Source: an uncultured Clostridium sp. (GTDB lineage: Bacteria > Bacillota > Clostridia > TANB77 > CAG-508). From it: a DNA stretch of 64,000 nt. The stretch lies in NCBI GenBank assembly GCA_946497775.1, contig CAMMLS010000003.1, forward strand, positions 1,072 to 65,071, read 5' to 3'. Below are positions 47,676-57,188 of this stretch, one piece after another. Position 1 is the first letter of the stretch. Every line of letters begins with the position of its first letter. A model generated the notes under the pieces. That model saw only the letters and a list, made by a program, of their open reading frames with translations, did no database searches and was not told the DNA's origin. Both the position numbers and the translations under genes were made by a program.

Positions 47676-49685
47676 TTGAAAGAAAAATTAGAAAAATACA
47701 AAAAAGAACTTAAAGAATTCGGTACGAGCATACTACATAATGTGCCAAATATACTAGTAGCACTTTTCATTATGATTACTGAAATAATGCTATTTGGTCA
47801 AGATAAGGCAGTTTTAGGAATATTACTATTATTTGTTCAATTAATGTGCATGAGTACATCATTTAGTGTTATAAAATTTATTAAGACTTCATTAATTTTA
47901 TTATTTGTAGGTATACTTGCAGGTATAGCTGAGCTCAATGCACCACTACTTATAATACTTAATTTCATAGTTCCATTTGGGATAATTATGTTACTTTCTG
48001 ATGACTATAATTCAAATGGATATTTTGTATATGGACTTTTCTTTTTATTAATGCAAACAAGTAATGTAGAAAGTGTAGCAGACTTAGGAATAGAAGCATT
48101 ATCAATAATATATGGTTTAGCAGTATTATTTGTTTATAATTTAGTATTATCAAAAATAAATAAAAATGAACCAGAAAAAAAATTAATTGCAACTGCTTAT
48201 GAATCTGTTGTAAAAAGATTAAAAATACTATCAAAGCAAAAATTAAATGAAGACACGCCAAACCCACTAAATAATATACTTGCAAAAATTAATACACTAT
48301 TATATAGTGAGGCATCACAAAAGACAGAGGTGTTAAATAAAAAGGAAGAGTGTTATTTTCAAAGTGTATTATTTTTAAAAAGGATTGATAAGTTAACAAA
48401 TTTAGCCTTAGAAAATAAACATAAGTTAACACAAGACGATTATAAATATTTTTATGATATTGCAAGATTATTCCAAACAATTAAGGAACAATATTCAGAG
48501 CATGATGTAAATGATATTATTAAGCTGTTAGACGAATTTGCAGAAAGTAAGAAGCTTAGCGATTCTAGTATGACATATGATTGGGTATATACTATAAAAA
48601 AATTAAAACATATTATAAAAATTGCAAACAAACCTAAAACAAAACTTTCTTTTAAAGAATATCTAAATATTAGAGCAACTAAATTAAAAAATAATTTTAA
48701 TTTAGATACAATACAAATGCGATTTGCATTAAAAACAGCTATTGCAGTTGGAATAGGCACAATAATTGAATATTTTGTTATGATAAAAACAGGTTTTGCT
48801 AATGCCTATTGGATACCTATAACAGTATATACATTAATGATGCAATTCCATGAAGAGCAAAACACAAAGATTAAGAATTATATTATAGGAACCTTGCTAG
48901 GTGCAGTCGTATTTTCCCTAGTATTTCAATTTGTACCTCCATCAGCAGGACTAATATTTATGGTTTTAGCTTTTGCTTTAATGTTTTCTGTTAAAAATGA
49001 AATATTAAGAAATGTAATAGGTGCACAAATGGTATTAGTCTTAACATATCCGATTTATGGTAAGGTGGAAATTATTTTAATTAGAGTTGGACTAATAATT
49101 TTAGCTTCTATAATTGCATGGCTTATAGGAAAACATGTGCTTTATACCGATAATTTACATGGATTAATAAATAAAGTAAGCCATTTACTAAGAGTTGATA
49201 GAAGCATTTTAAAATTACTTAAAAAAGCAATTAATACAAAAAATAGTGAATTTAAATATATAAGTGAATTATTGCTTGAATCTTGTTTGTTAGAAAGCTT
49301 AATTATAAAGCATGAGAAACAGCAACAATACTATTCAGATCCATATCTAACAAACTCGGTCATAAAATATAATAGAAATTTTATTTTAAGTGCAGAGCAA
49401 TTAATTAATATTTTTAGAGACGAAGATAAAGAAAAAATAATAGATAGTAAAGAATATATAAAATACATAGAAGAAATGGATAATATATTAGATGTTACCC
49501 AAAATAATTGGAAAGATATTTTAAGTGATTCTAAAAAAAGCATAAAACTAGAAAAGAAGGCAATTGGAAAAATATCTGATGATATTCCTTACACCACAAA
49601 GCATATGATGCTTTGCGTGAAAAATATTGAAAAAATTTACAAGTGCTTAGAGGAAGATAAAATAAAAATAAAAGAGAAAAAGTAA
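47676..49685 (+). CDS. FUSC/ArAE-like integral membrane protein
   Basis: 669 aa. Two hydrophobic blocks separated by a helical soluble region. 'MRFALKTAIAVGIGT...NAYWIPITV' resembles the fusaric-acid-resistance/aromatic-acid-exporter family. TTG start is uncertain. Confidence 0.55.
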   Translation: MKEKLEKYKKELKEFGTSILHNVPNILVALFIMITEIMLFGQDKAVLGILLLFVQLMCMSTSFSVIKFIKTSLILLFVGILAGIAELNAPLLIILNFIVPFGIIMLLSDDYNSNGYFVYGLFFLLMQTSNVESVADLGIEALSIIYGLAVLFVYNLVLSKINKNEPEKKLIATAYESVVKRLKILSKQKLNEDTPNPLNNILAKINTLLYSEASQKTEVLNKKEECYFQSVLFLKRIDKLTNLALENKHKLTQDDYKYFYDIARLFQTIKEQYSEHDVNDIIKLLDEFAESKKLSDSSMTYDWVYTIKKLKHIIKIANKPKTKLSFKEYLNIRATKLKNNFNLDTIQMRFALKTAIAVGIGTIIEYFVMIKTGFANAYWIPITVYTLMMQFHEEQNTKIKNYIIGTLLGAVVFSLVFQFVPPSAGLIFMVLAFALMFSVKNEILRNVIGAQMVLVLTYPIYGKVEIILIRVGLIILASIIAWLIGKHVLYTDNLHGLINKVSHLLRVDRSILKLLKKAINTKNSEFKYISELLLESCLLESLIIKHEKQQQYYSDPYLTNSVIKYNRNFILSAEQLINIFRDEDKEKIIDSKEYIKYIEEMDNILDVTQNNWKDILSDSKKSIKLEKKAIGKISDDIPYTTKHMMLCVKNIEKIYKCLEEDKIKIKEKK

Positions 49686-49751
49686 AATTTTTAAAATCTA
49701 GAAAAAATATTATTAAAATATATAATGAACACTAATTCTGAAAAAAATATA

Positions 49752-49789
49752 AAAATTACCATAATGTAGTAGAATTATGGTAATTTTTT
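49752..49789 (+). terminator. intrinsic terminator
   Basis: attaccataat gtagtaga attatggtaat + TTTTT. Confidence 0.75.
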
Positions 49790-49824
49790 ATTATTTGTGT
49801 TAAAATAAATTTGGTGATTAAATT

Positions 49825-51888
49825 ATGTTATCGGTTATTTTTAAAGGTATTATATTTTTAGTTTTAATGCTTATATTTTTTAGTAATAATGTATCTATTA
49901 TTCGTTTAGGTAACGCATATAGCAATATGCATATTGCTTTTGCTTTATTTTTAGCAATTATTGCTAGTTGTAAGTATAATGCTTTGAAGTATTATTTAGA
50001 AAGTAAAACAAAGCATAAATATGCATTTTGTATAGCCATTATTATTTTATTTTTTATAGCATTTAATTTATTTTACGCTTTTTTACCACAGGATTATGAA
50101 ATACATAATTGGCTTCTTAGCGAGTATAATCATAATATGGTCGATGCACAAACAAGAGATTTTACGTATTTACCAATATATTATAACTCGTTGAATATAT
50201 TGTCTATGACTTCTTTTGAGATGATTTTCTCTTTATTATTAATAGCAGTAGCATATATAAGAGAAAAAGCAAAAATAGGAGAGATGTCATACTTTTTAGA
50301 AAGAACTTTGAAAAGTGTGTTTAGATATAATTTATTAATTGTATTTTTAATTTATATACTAACAATTCCAAGTGGGATTGTAGATGTAATAAAAATTATA
50401 GGTATTATAGCTTTATTATTGTGGATTATATTTGAAAGCATAAAAACTTATTTGGCAATTAAAAGCTGTAGAATTAAAAACAAAGAAAAATATGGCAAAG
50501 ATAATTTAATTGTTGTTATGACTACTACGAATATTAATTTTAGCTTATCAGATTATTTACTAAACCCGCTTCATATTTTTTACAGATTTGATAATAAGAA
50601 TATATTTAAACCTTTAGTAGTTAGCGGAAAAAGTTATACATTTGTTTCTAATGATGCTATTAGATGTGGTCTTTTAGATATTAATCAGTTTAATGATAAT
50701 ATTGCATATATTTTCATGATTAATGCAGATTTACTTTTAATAGACACAAAAAGATATGAGTATGCAAAGAAAATAGAAGAAATTTCAAGTCAAACCAAAA
50801 AATTTTTAATTTACACAAAGGATGCATTTTTCTTTAAACCTGTTATTTTAAGAAACATCGAAAATAAATATTCTTTTAAAGTTAAAAATAAAGTATACTT
50901 AAAAGATATATTAGATGTTGTACACATTAAGCCAAATGCTGATGAGCTTAAATTAAAGGTAAAAGCATTACTAGAATTTATAAAGGATAAAGAGTTAGAT
51001 AATTATATAAAAGAAGAGTATGAAGCAGGCAGAATTAAAAAAGAGGATATTGAATCTAAAAAGCACACTTTGTACGAATTAATTCATGCAATACCACTTG
51101 ATAAAGAAGATGCATTAAAAATAGAAAAACAAACAAAGTTTATTGAAGAGGAAAAAAATACTTATTTAAAATATGGAGTAGAACAAATTTTAAATTCATT
51201 TAATTATATGGAGTATTTTTACACACTACTTAAAATGAGCGAATATGTAATTCATTACATGGGCTTAAAAAGCATTTTAGAAGAATCTAATGAAGACATA
51301 AAAATAGATAGTGTAAAATTTGGAACATGGAGAGAATTACTAGATTTTAATAAAGAATATAGCAGTAGAGATACTAAAAAAATCGAAAAGATAGTGAGCT
51401 TAAATGATATTGCAAATTCAATTATAGAAATTAACAAAATTGCAAGAAATAATAATAAAGAAATTTGTTTAGAAGATAAATTTTATTTTAAAGATGTATG
51501 CAAAGCGATTGGAACAATAAGAAACAGAATGTTAGTTCATGGTGCTGTATCATACAAAACCGCAGAAAATACAGTTGATTATTTGTTTAACTTATTATTT
51601 TTATTAGTAAAAGAATTTGAAGAATTAAATATAACAATAGGAGACGATGAGAAAATAAAAAATATTTTCGAAAAAGATATTTCGGCAGTTTACAGATATT
51701 CAAATAAAATGTTTTTATATTCAAATTCTGTATTAGAGGACAAAAAAGTGATTTATAATGAATGTATTAATTATGAAACAGGAAAGAAAAAAGTAATTGA
51801 TGGAAAAGCATGTTTTAATATAGATATTAGATATTCAATGGAACAAATTAAAGAAAAATTAGGAAAATGGATGTGGGATGTAAAATGA
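49825..51888 (+). CDS. hypothetical protein A: N-terminal multi-TM domain + soluble domain ending in an RNRxxxHG (HEPN-like) helical module
   Basis: 687 aa. About 5-6 TM helices in the first 215 aa or so. 'IGTIRNRMLVHGAVS' near aa 570. The C-terminal 250 aa or so are paralogous to gene B. Confidence 0.7.
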   Translation: MLSVIFKGIIFLVLMLIFFSNNVSIIRLGNAYSNMHIAFALFLAIIASCKYNALKYYLESKTKHKYAFCIAIIILFFIAFNLFYAFLPQDYEIHNWLLSEYNHNMVDAQTRDFTYLPIYYNSLNILSMTSFEMIFSLLLIAVAYIREKAKIGEMSYFLERTLKSVFRYNLLIVFLIYILTIPSGIVDVIKIIGIIALLLWIIFESIKTYLAIKSCRIKNKEKYGKDNLIVVMTTTNINFSLSDYLLNPLHIFYRFDNKNIFKPLVVSGKSYTFVSNDAIRCGLLDINQFNDNIAYIFMINADLLLIDTKRYEYAKKIEEISSQTKKFLIYTKDAFFFKPVILRNIENKYSFKVKNKVYLKDILDVVHIKPNADELKLKVKALLEFIKDKELDNYIKEEYEAGRIKKEDIESKKHTLYELIHAIPLDKEDALKIEKQTKFIEEEKNTYLKYGVEQILNSFNYMEYFYTLLKMSEYVIHYMGLKSILEESNEDIKIDSVKFGTWRELLDFNKEYSSRDTKKIEKIVSLNDIANSIIEINKIARNNNKEICLEDKFYFKDVCKAIGTIRNRMLVHGAVSYKTAENTVDYLFNLLFLLVKEFEELNITIGDDEKIKNIFEKDISAVYRYSNKMFLYSNSVLEDKKVIYNECINYETGKKKVIDGKACFNIDIRYSMEQIKEKLGKWMWDVK

Positions 51889-53141
51889 AACAAAATAGTT
51901 TAAAATTACATACAAATAAAAAGAACTTAAAAATAATTTTAATAGATGGAAATGTTTTGCCTAGTTCATTAGAGATAAAAAAAGAAGAAAAATACAAAAT
52001 TGCAAATAATCATGTATATATTAACATAAAAAATGAATTGCCTAAATTTAGTAGTAAAGAAAAACAATTTATAAATGAAAACACAATTGCAATTATACAT
52101 GAGGTAGAAGAAAATAACAATGTAGCTTTTGCAGAAAAATATAAAAGCATAGATATAAATAAAATAAACTTATTTCATATTATGGCTGTTAAAAATTATA
52201 AATTAAAAGACATAACAAGTAGTGGATCTATAAAAGTATGTGATTTAGATTCTGCAATAGAGTTTACAGAAAATCTTTTTATAACTAGTGAGCAGGAAAA
52301 TATTAAAAAATCAAGAATAAAAAAGGCATTAAGAAAAATATCTAAAATTAGAAAAAAACAGCCAAAAAATGATGAGATAAAAGAAGAATACATAAAAGAA
52401 CTAAATATAGTTTACCAATACAATTTTATAAATAGATTAAATAAAAAAATAGAATTAATCCCAAAAGAAAAAACTTTATTTAATTTATACAAAAATGCAT
52501 ATATGTATTCATCTTGCTATCAATCAGTTTTAGCAATGTTTGATTATATAACAGCAATGGGCAAAATGGTTGAATACTATTTATATGCAAAAAATAATCC
52601 CGGTTTCAAAAAAGATGTTGTATTTACAGATATAATAGGAGATAACCCACCTATATGGAATAATCAAATTTTAGTAAATGTTTGCAATAATAAAGAAAAT
52701 GTGTTATATAAAAATATTAGAGAAGAAAAATTTAAACTTACAGAAGATGAACAAATATTATTACACATTTATTTAAGTAATATATTAAATATGGATATAA
52801 CCGGAACAGAAATAACATTTGATGGCCTAGCAGAAATTTTTAGACAATTTAGAAATAGGGTAGAGGCACATGGAATTATAAGTGATGCAAATGTATATGC
52901 AGTTTGGAATTTAACACAATTTTTTGCAAAAATGTATAGTATAATATTCAAAATAGACCAGCTTGAATGTGAATTTAAACAAGATGAAAACGAAGCTAAA
53001 TTAGGTTATACAGGTGAACCAAAAGTAGAAGTAGGTAGATATATTACAGTTATAGATAATAGACTTTTATTTATTAAAGATAAAAAATCATATATAGATT
53101 ATCTTACAGGAGAAATTAAACCTGGGAAAGAGGTGAAATAG
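51885..53141 (+). CDS. hypothetical protein B: soluble paralogue of the C-terminal module of A (RNRxxxHG motif)
   Basis: ATG 51885 overlaps the TGA of A (ATGA). 'FRQFRNRVEAHGIIS'. No TM segments. Confidence 0.7.
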   Translation: MKQNSLKLHTNKKNLKIILIDGNVLPSSLEIKKEEKYKIANNHVYINIKNELPKFSSKEKQFINENTIAIIHEVEENNNVAFAEKYKSIDINKINLFHIMAVKNYKLKDITSSGSIKVCDLDSAIEFTENLFITSEQENIKKSRIKKALRKISKIRKKQPKNDEIKEEYIKELNIVYQYNFINRLNKKIELIPKEKTLFNLYKNAYMYSSCYQSVLAMFDYITAMGKMVEYYLYAKNNPGFKKDVVFTDIIGDNPPIWNNQILVNVCNNKENVLYKNIREEKFKLTEDEQILLHIYLSNILNMDITGTEITFDGLAEIFRQFRNRVEAHGIISDANVYAVWNLTQFFAKMYSIIFKIDQLECEFKQDENEAKLGYTGEPKVEVGRYITVIDNRLLFIKDKKSYIDYLTGEIKPGKEVK

Positions 53142-53144
53142 TAA

Positions 53145-55268
53145 TTGCGAAGTTTCGAACTATATTTAGACGAAAGTGGAAAATTTATTAACGAAGATAA
53201 AGCTTTAACTCCATCATTAATAGGTGGTATACTTGTAAAAACTGGAACTCTTAGTATAGAAAAAGCACAAAACATAATGAAATCAGCAATAGAAAAGGTT
53301 GGCACAAATTATGTACATATAAATGACTTAGCTTTATTAGATAAAAAACTAGCAGGAAAAGTTGCAGTAGATATTATGGAACAAATAAAAGCCATACCTG
53401 CAAATATAGTTATTTTTGAAAATAATGAATTACTAGATTTTAAAGATGATAAATTATTATATTTAAACATAATTACAGAAGGAATTATAAACTTGCTAGA
53501 AAAATTATCATTAGAAAAAGCAGATTCGGTAGAGCTAAATGTAATAGCAGCTGTTAGAAGAGATTTAAAAATAGATGATAATAAAACAATTATAGAACTA
53601 GAAGAATATAGTAAAAGAATTAAAGAAAGAATTTACATGAAGTTTGCAGAAAAAGACATTTTCTTATCTAAAAATTGCAGAGTAAATTTTGAACTTTCAT
53701 CAGCTAGAAAAAATGCAAAACTTATGCTATCAGATGTAGTATGCAACACTAGGTTAACAAGAAATAGTAGTAAATTTGATGATACTCAAAAAGAAAGAGT
53801 GGAGCAAATTTTTAATAGTAGTAAATATATTTTTAATGTATTTAGGACAAATATTCAGAAAAAATTATCAGAATATCTAATTAAAAACAATATAGTAGAT
53901 GCAATATTTTTAATAAATGAAATTGATGATGAAAAAACAAAAAAAGAGCTAATAAGTTTAATTATAAATAATATAAACACAATGCCAACATCAAATTTAA
54001 GAATACAATTAGAATTACTATCACTTAAAATCCGAAGCTTAATTGATGTACAAAGAAATTTACTTCTTTGCGAAAAACTTTTGCTTAATCTGCAAGAAAA
54101 TATAATTGGAAAAATAAAAGTAAAAGATTATATAATTAATAAGTTAAAACTTGATATTTCGCTTTATTTGCTTACAATATATACCCATTTAGGTAACAAT
54201 TTAAAATGCAAAACACAAATAGATATAAGCAAAGAGGAGTTAAAAACAATTAGTGGCTCATGGGAGTTTTTTGAATATTATTACATACTAAAAATAAGAG
54301 AAGCAATTTACTATAATACATGTTTTAATAATTTAAAAACAGTAGAAGTTTTAACAGAAGCAATAAATAAATACGAGCAAGTGCTAAAAACAATGGAAAC
54401 AATAGAAGAATTTGGAACAATAAAATCAGATACACTTGCAAAAGCTGTTGGAACAAGACTACAAGCATATATAGCTCTAATTAAACCAAACTTAGACGAG
54501 AAGACAAAAAATGAATATTACGAAAAAGCAGTAAAAGATTCAGAATATGCAATTTCTCAGTTTGTATCTGAATTAGATAAAAGAAGACAATACCAATATA
54601 GATGTATGCTAGAAATTTCAGTTGGAAATGTAGATACCGCTATAAAATACTTAATGAAAGTACTTGGAATTAATGAAATAAATTTTGAAAAGTTTATGTT
54701 GCAATTAGCAAATATATCTGATTTTTCTAAAAACTTTATTTTGGTAAATTACTTAGAAGTAATGCAATATTCAATAAATAATGGTAAAATAGATATTGGA
54801 ACAAAAATGTATGAAGCGTTTAAGAATAATGAAAATATTTTTAATGAATATTCACTAGAAAAATTAGAAAACAATTCTTTATATGAAAACACAACAAAAT
54901 TTTTAGGAATACATCCATTTGAAATTATATATTGGGATTTAGCAAAATATTTTAAAAATAATGACAAGGGGCTGGCTAATATTTATTTTGATAAAGCAAT
55001 TCAAATATGCAATCAAATTAACGAACCAGCAGTATCTGTATTAGAACTTGCAATAGAAGCAGATAAACTAACAATTTCAAAGGATATAAATATAGACAAA
55101 GAATCTCTTATAAATAAGTATGAGCAAATTATGGAAAAAGAAGAGTTTGGAGAAACACATGAATTTTTAAATAAATTAAGAGATGAAATTGAATATATTA
55201 AGCTTACCTCTGAAATTGGAGAAATAAAATCTATAGCAAAAAAAATTTTAGCAGAAATTAAAATTTAA
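53145..55268 (+). CDS. hypothetical protein C: DUF3800-like N-terminal domain + long helical-repeat (TPR-like) C-terminal region
   Basis: TTG start 9 nt after aagaggtg. 'FELYLDESGKF' and 'AKLMLSDVVCNT' resemble the DUF3800 DESG and (Q)xAD motifs. The remaining 490 aa or so are helical. Confidence 0.65.
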   Translation: MRSFELYLDESGKFINEDKALTPSLIGGILVKTGTLSIEKAQNIMKSAIEKVGTNYVHINDLALLDKKLAGKVAVDIMEQIKAIPANIVIFENNELLDFKDDKLLYLNIITEGIINLLEKLSLEKADSVELNVIAAVRRDLKIDDNKTIIELEEYSKRIKERIYMKFAEKDIFLSKNCRVNFELSSARKNAKLMLSDVVCNTRLTRNSSKFDDTQKERVEQIFNSSKYIFNVFRTNIQKKLSEYLIKNNIVDAIFLINEIDDEKTKKELISLIINNINTMPTSNLRIQLELLSLKIRSLIDVQRNLLLCEKLLLNLQENIIGKIKVKDYIINKLKLDISLYLLTIYTHLGNNLKCKTQIDISKEELKTISGSWEFFEYYYILKIREAIYYNTCFNNLKTVEVLTEAINKYEQVLKTMETIEEFGTIKSDTLAKAVGTRLQAYIALIKPNLDEKTKNEYYEKAVKDSEYAISQFVSELDKRRQYQYRCMLEISVGNVDTAIKYLMKVLGINEINFEKFMLQLANISDFSKNFILVNYLEVMQYSINNGKIDIGTKMYEAFKNNENIFNEYSLEKLENNSLYENTTKFLGIHPFEIIYWDLAKYFKNNDKGLANIYFDKAIQICNQINEPAVSVLELAIEADKLTISKDINIDKESLINKYEQIMEKEEFGETHEFLNKLRDEIEYIKLTSEIGEIKSIAKKILAEIKI

Positions 55269-55289
55269 AATTTGAAAGGGGAATTTTTT

Positions 55290-55964
55290 ATGAAAAACAA
55301 AAAAGTATTAATTGGAGTAATAATTGCAATTTTAGTAATTGCAGCAGTTGTAGCAGGGGTATTATTCTATCTTAATGCAACAAAAGAAGAAAATTCTAAA
55401 GAGAATAATGTTACAATAGGATCAGTAGAATTAATAGCAGTAGATCAAGAAGGAGAACCTATACCAGATGTTACTTTTGATTTAATGTCAGCGGATGGTC
55501 AAAAAGTTTATGGAACTTTAGAGACAGGAGTAGATGGAAGAATTATGTATTATGGGATGCCTATTGGAACCTTTATATTAAAAGGGACAAATCTTCCTGA
55601 GGGATATGAAGGTGCAGGTGCACAAGAAACTTTTGAGGTTTTTGGAGCAGAGACTACAAAAGTAGAAGTCGCTTTTACAAGAACTGTACCAAGACTTGTT
55701 ATAACAATAGAAAATGAACAAGGTGAAACTTTAAAAGATGCAGAAATTGATTTTTATAATGAAGATGGAAAATATGTTACAACTTTACTTGCACATGATG
55801 ATGGAATAGCTGCTAAAAATTTAGATGGAAATGGTGTTTATTATATAAAACAATGTAAAACACAAGAAGGTTATTTAATAGATGATACATCATATAGAGT
55901 AACAATAGATGGAGAAGACGACTTTACTTTCTATACAACAATAGTTAATAAAAAAGCTGAATAA
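55290..55964 (+). CDS. membrane-anchored protein with two SpaA/Cna-B-like prealbumin-fold repeats
   Basis: N-terminal TM helix. 'PIPDVTFDL...GTFILKGTNLPEGYEG' and 'LKDAEIDFY...GVYYIKQCKTQEGYLID' repeats. No LPXTG motif. Confidence 0.6.
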   Translation: MKNKKVLIGVIIAILVIAAVVAGVLFYLNATKEENSKENNVTIGSVELIAVDQEGEPIPDVTFDLMSADGQKVYGTLETGVDGRIMYYGMPIGTFILKGTNLPEGYEGAGAQETFEVFGAETTKVEVAFTRTVPRLVITIENEQGETLKDAEIDFYNEDGKYVTTLLAHDDGIAAKNLDGNGVYYIKQCKTQEGYLIDDTSYRVTIDGEDDFTFYTTIVNKKAE

Positions 55965-55990
55965 AATATTAATTTAAGGTGTGAAAATGA

Positions 55991-56332
55991 ATGGAAGAAG
56001 AATTTAAAATTATATTTAATATGCAAGATGAAATGTTTAATATTTTTCAAAAATCTTTTCAGAAAGATGGATATGAAATAGTTGCAAAAGAAAAAAATAT
56101 ATTATTTATAAAAAAATCCAAAATTAATTTAAGCAAAGACCAAATTGCGAGAATTTTAGGTATGTACAAATTGCAAAATCCAAATGGAGTATTATTTGTA
56201 GACATAACATCAGCAGTTAAATATTTAATAACTGTACCAGAAGAAAAAATAAAAAACGATGGAAGATTTAGATGGATGATGAGACAAGCACTAACAAAAG
56301 CAATAGTAGAAAAAAGCCAAAATGGAGGATAA
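55991..56332 (+). CDS. hypothetical protein (113 aa)
   Basis: ORF with an aaggtg RBS. No family recognised. Confidence 0.45.
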   Translation: MEEEFKIIFNMQDEMFNIFQKSFQKDGYEIVAKEKNILFIKKSKINLSKDQIARILGMYKLQNPNGVLFVDITSAVKYLITVPEEKIKNDGRFRWMMRQALTKAIVEKSQNGG

Positions 56333-56336
56333 AAAA

Positions 56337-56759
56337 ATGTGGAGTATAAAAAATTTATTTAAGAAAAATGAATGGATAGATCCATGGGAAGTTGAAGATG
56401 AAGAAGATTTTTTTGAAGATAATATGCAAGAAAAAGACAAAGAATATGATTTCCCTATTTTAAGAAGTGAGGCCATAAAAATTGCAAATGAAAACGAAAA
56501 TCTAAAAACGGACTTTTGCAGACAATACAAAAGGAATATTACATATTTATCTTTTAGAAAAAAGAAAATGGATTTAATAGAAAAAGATGGAAAAAAATAT
56601 TGGCAAATTCAAGTATTATATGGGGAAATTTCAGGAATAAATCAAAAAAGCTATGGAGAAGAATATTGGGATGGTTTCTTATTAAAAAGAGATTTGGAAA
56701 AATTAAGATGTCTAATAGATGTAGAAACAGGAGAATACATATATTATCCAATCAATTAA
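56337..56759 (+). CDS. hypothetical protein (140 aa)
   Basis: ATG 56337 after ggagga. Acidic N-terminus. No family recognised. Confidence 0.45.
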   Translation: MWSIKNLFKKNEWIDPWEVEDEEDFFEDNMQEKDKEYDFPILRSEAIKIANENENLKTDFCRQYKRNITYLSFRKKKMDLIEKDGKKYWQIQVLYGEISGINQKSYGEEYWDGFLLKRDLEKLRCLIDVETGEYIYYPIN

Positions 56760-56772
56760 GGAGATAAAATAG

Positions 56773-57153
56773 ATGGAAAACAATTATGAAAATATGAGCA
56801 AGTACTATTCAAATTTATATGATGAAAAAATGGAGAAATTTAGACTTTTATTTAAAGAAATGTTAGACTTTTTGAATATAAAATATGAAAAAGAAGACTT
56901 TTCTACATTAAAAAGTTTGGTATATGAAAACTATCCATATTACACACAAATAATTATTAATATAACTACAAAGCTTGGAGATATAAACCTTACATATAAA
57001 GAAATACTAGATAGTCTGGATAATATATATAAATATATTTCTAAAAATTATAGAAATCATGAGCAAAACATGAAAGATTATATAAAAGAACAAGAAGACA
57101 TGGAAGCATTGGGAGATAATTTCCTTCCAGAAGACGGAGAGGAAGAAAACTAA
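56773..57153 (+). CDS. hypothetical protein (126 aa)
   Basis: ORF with RBS aaggaga. Helical with an acidic tail. No family recognised. Confidence 0.45.
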   Translation: MENNYENMSKYYSNLYDEKMEKFRLLFKEMLDFLNIKYEKEDFSTLKSLVYENYPYYTQIIINITTKLGDINLTYKEILDSLDNIYKYISKNYRNHEQNMKDYIKEQEDMEALGDNFLPEDGEEEN

Positions 57154-57184
57154 AAAGGAGTAATTTTTAAATTGCTCCTTTTTT
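57153..57184. terminator. bidirectional terminator between convergent genes
   Basis: aaaaggagtaattt / aaattgctcctttt hairpin flanked by A and T runs. Confidence 0.7.
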
Positions 57185-57188
57185 AAAT

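Noticed and set aside
51885-51888. Possibility of a non-standard code (TGA as sense, code 4/25) explaining the ORF breaks.
   Set aside because: TGA terminates several genes at sensible boundaries, for example gene A at 51886-51888 overlapping the next ATG. Trp is encoded by TGG throughout. The breaks are frame changes, not in-frame stops.
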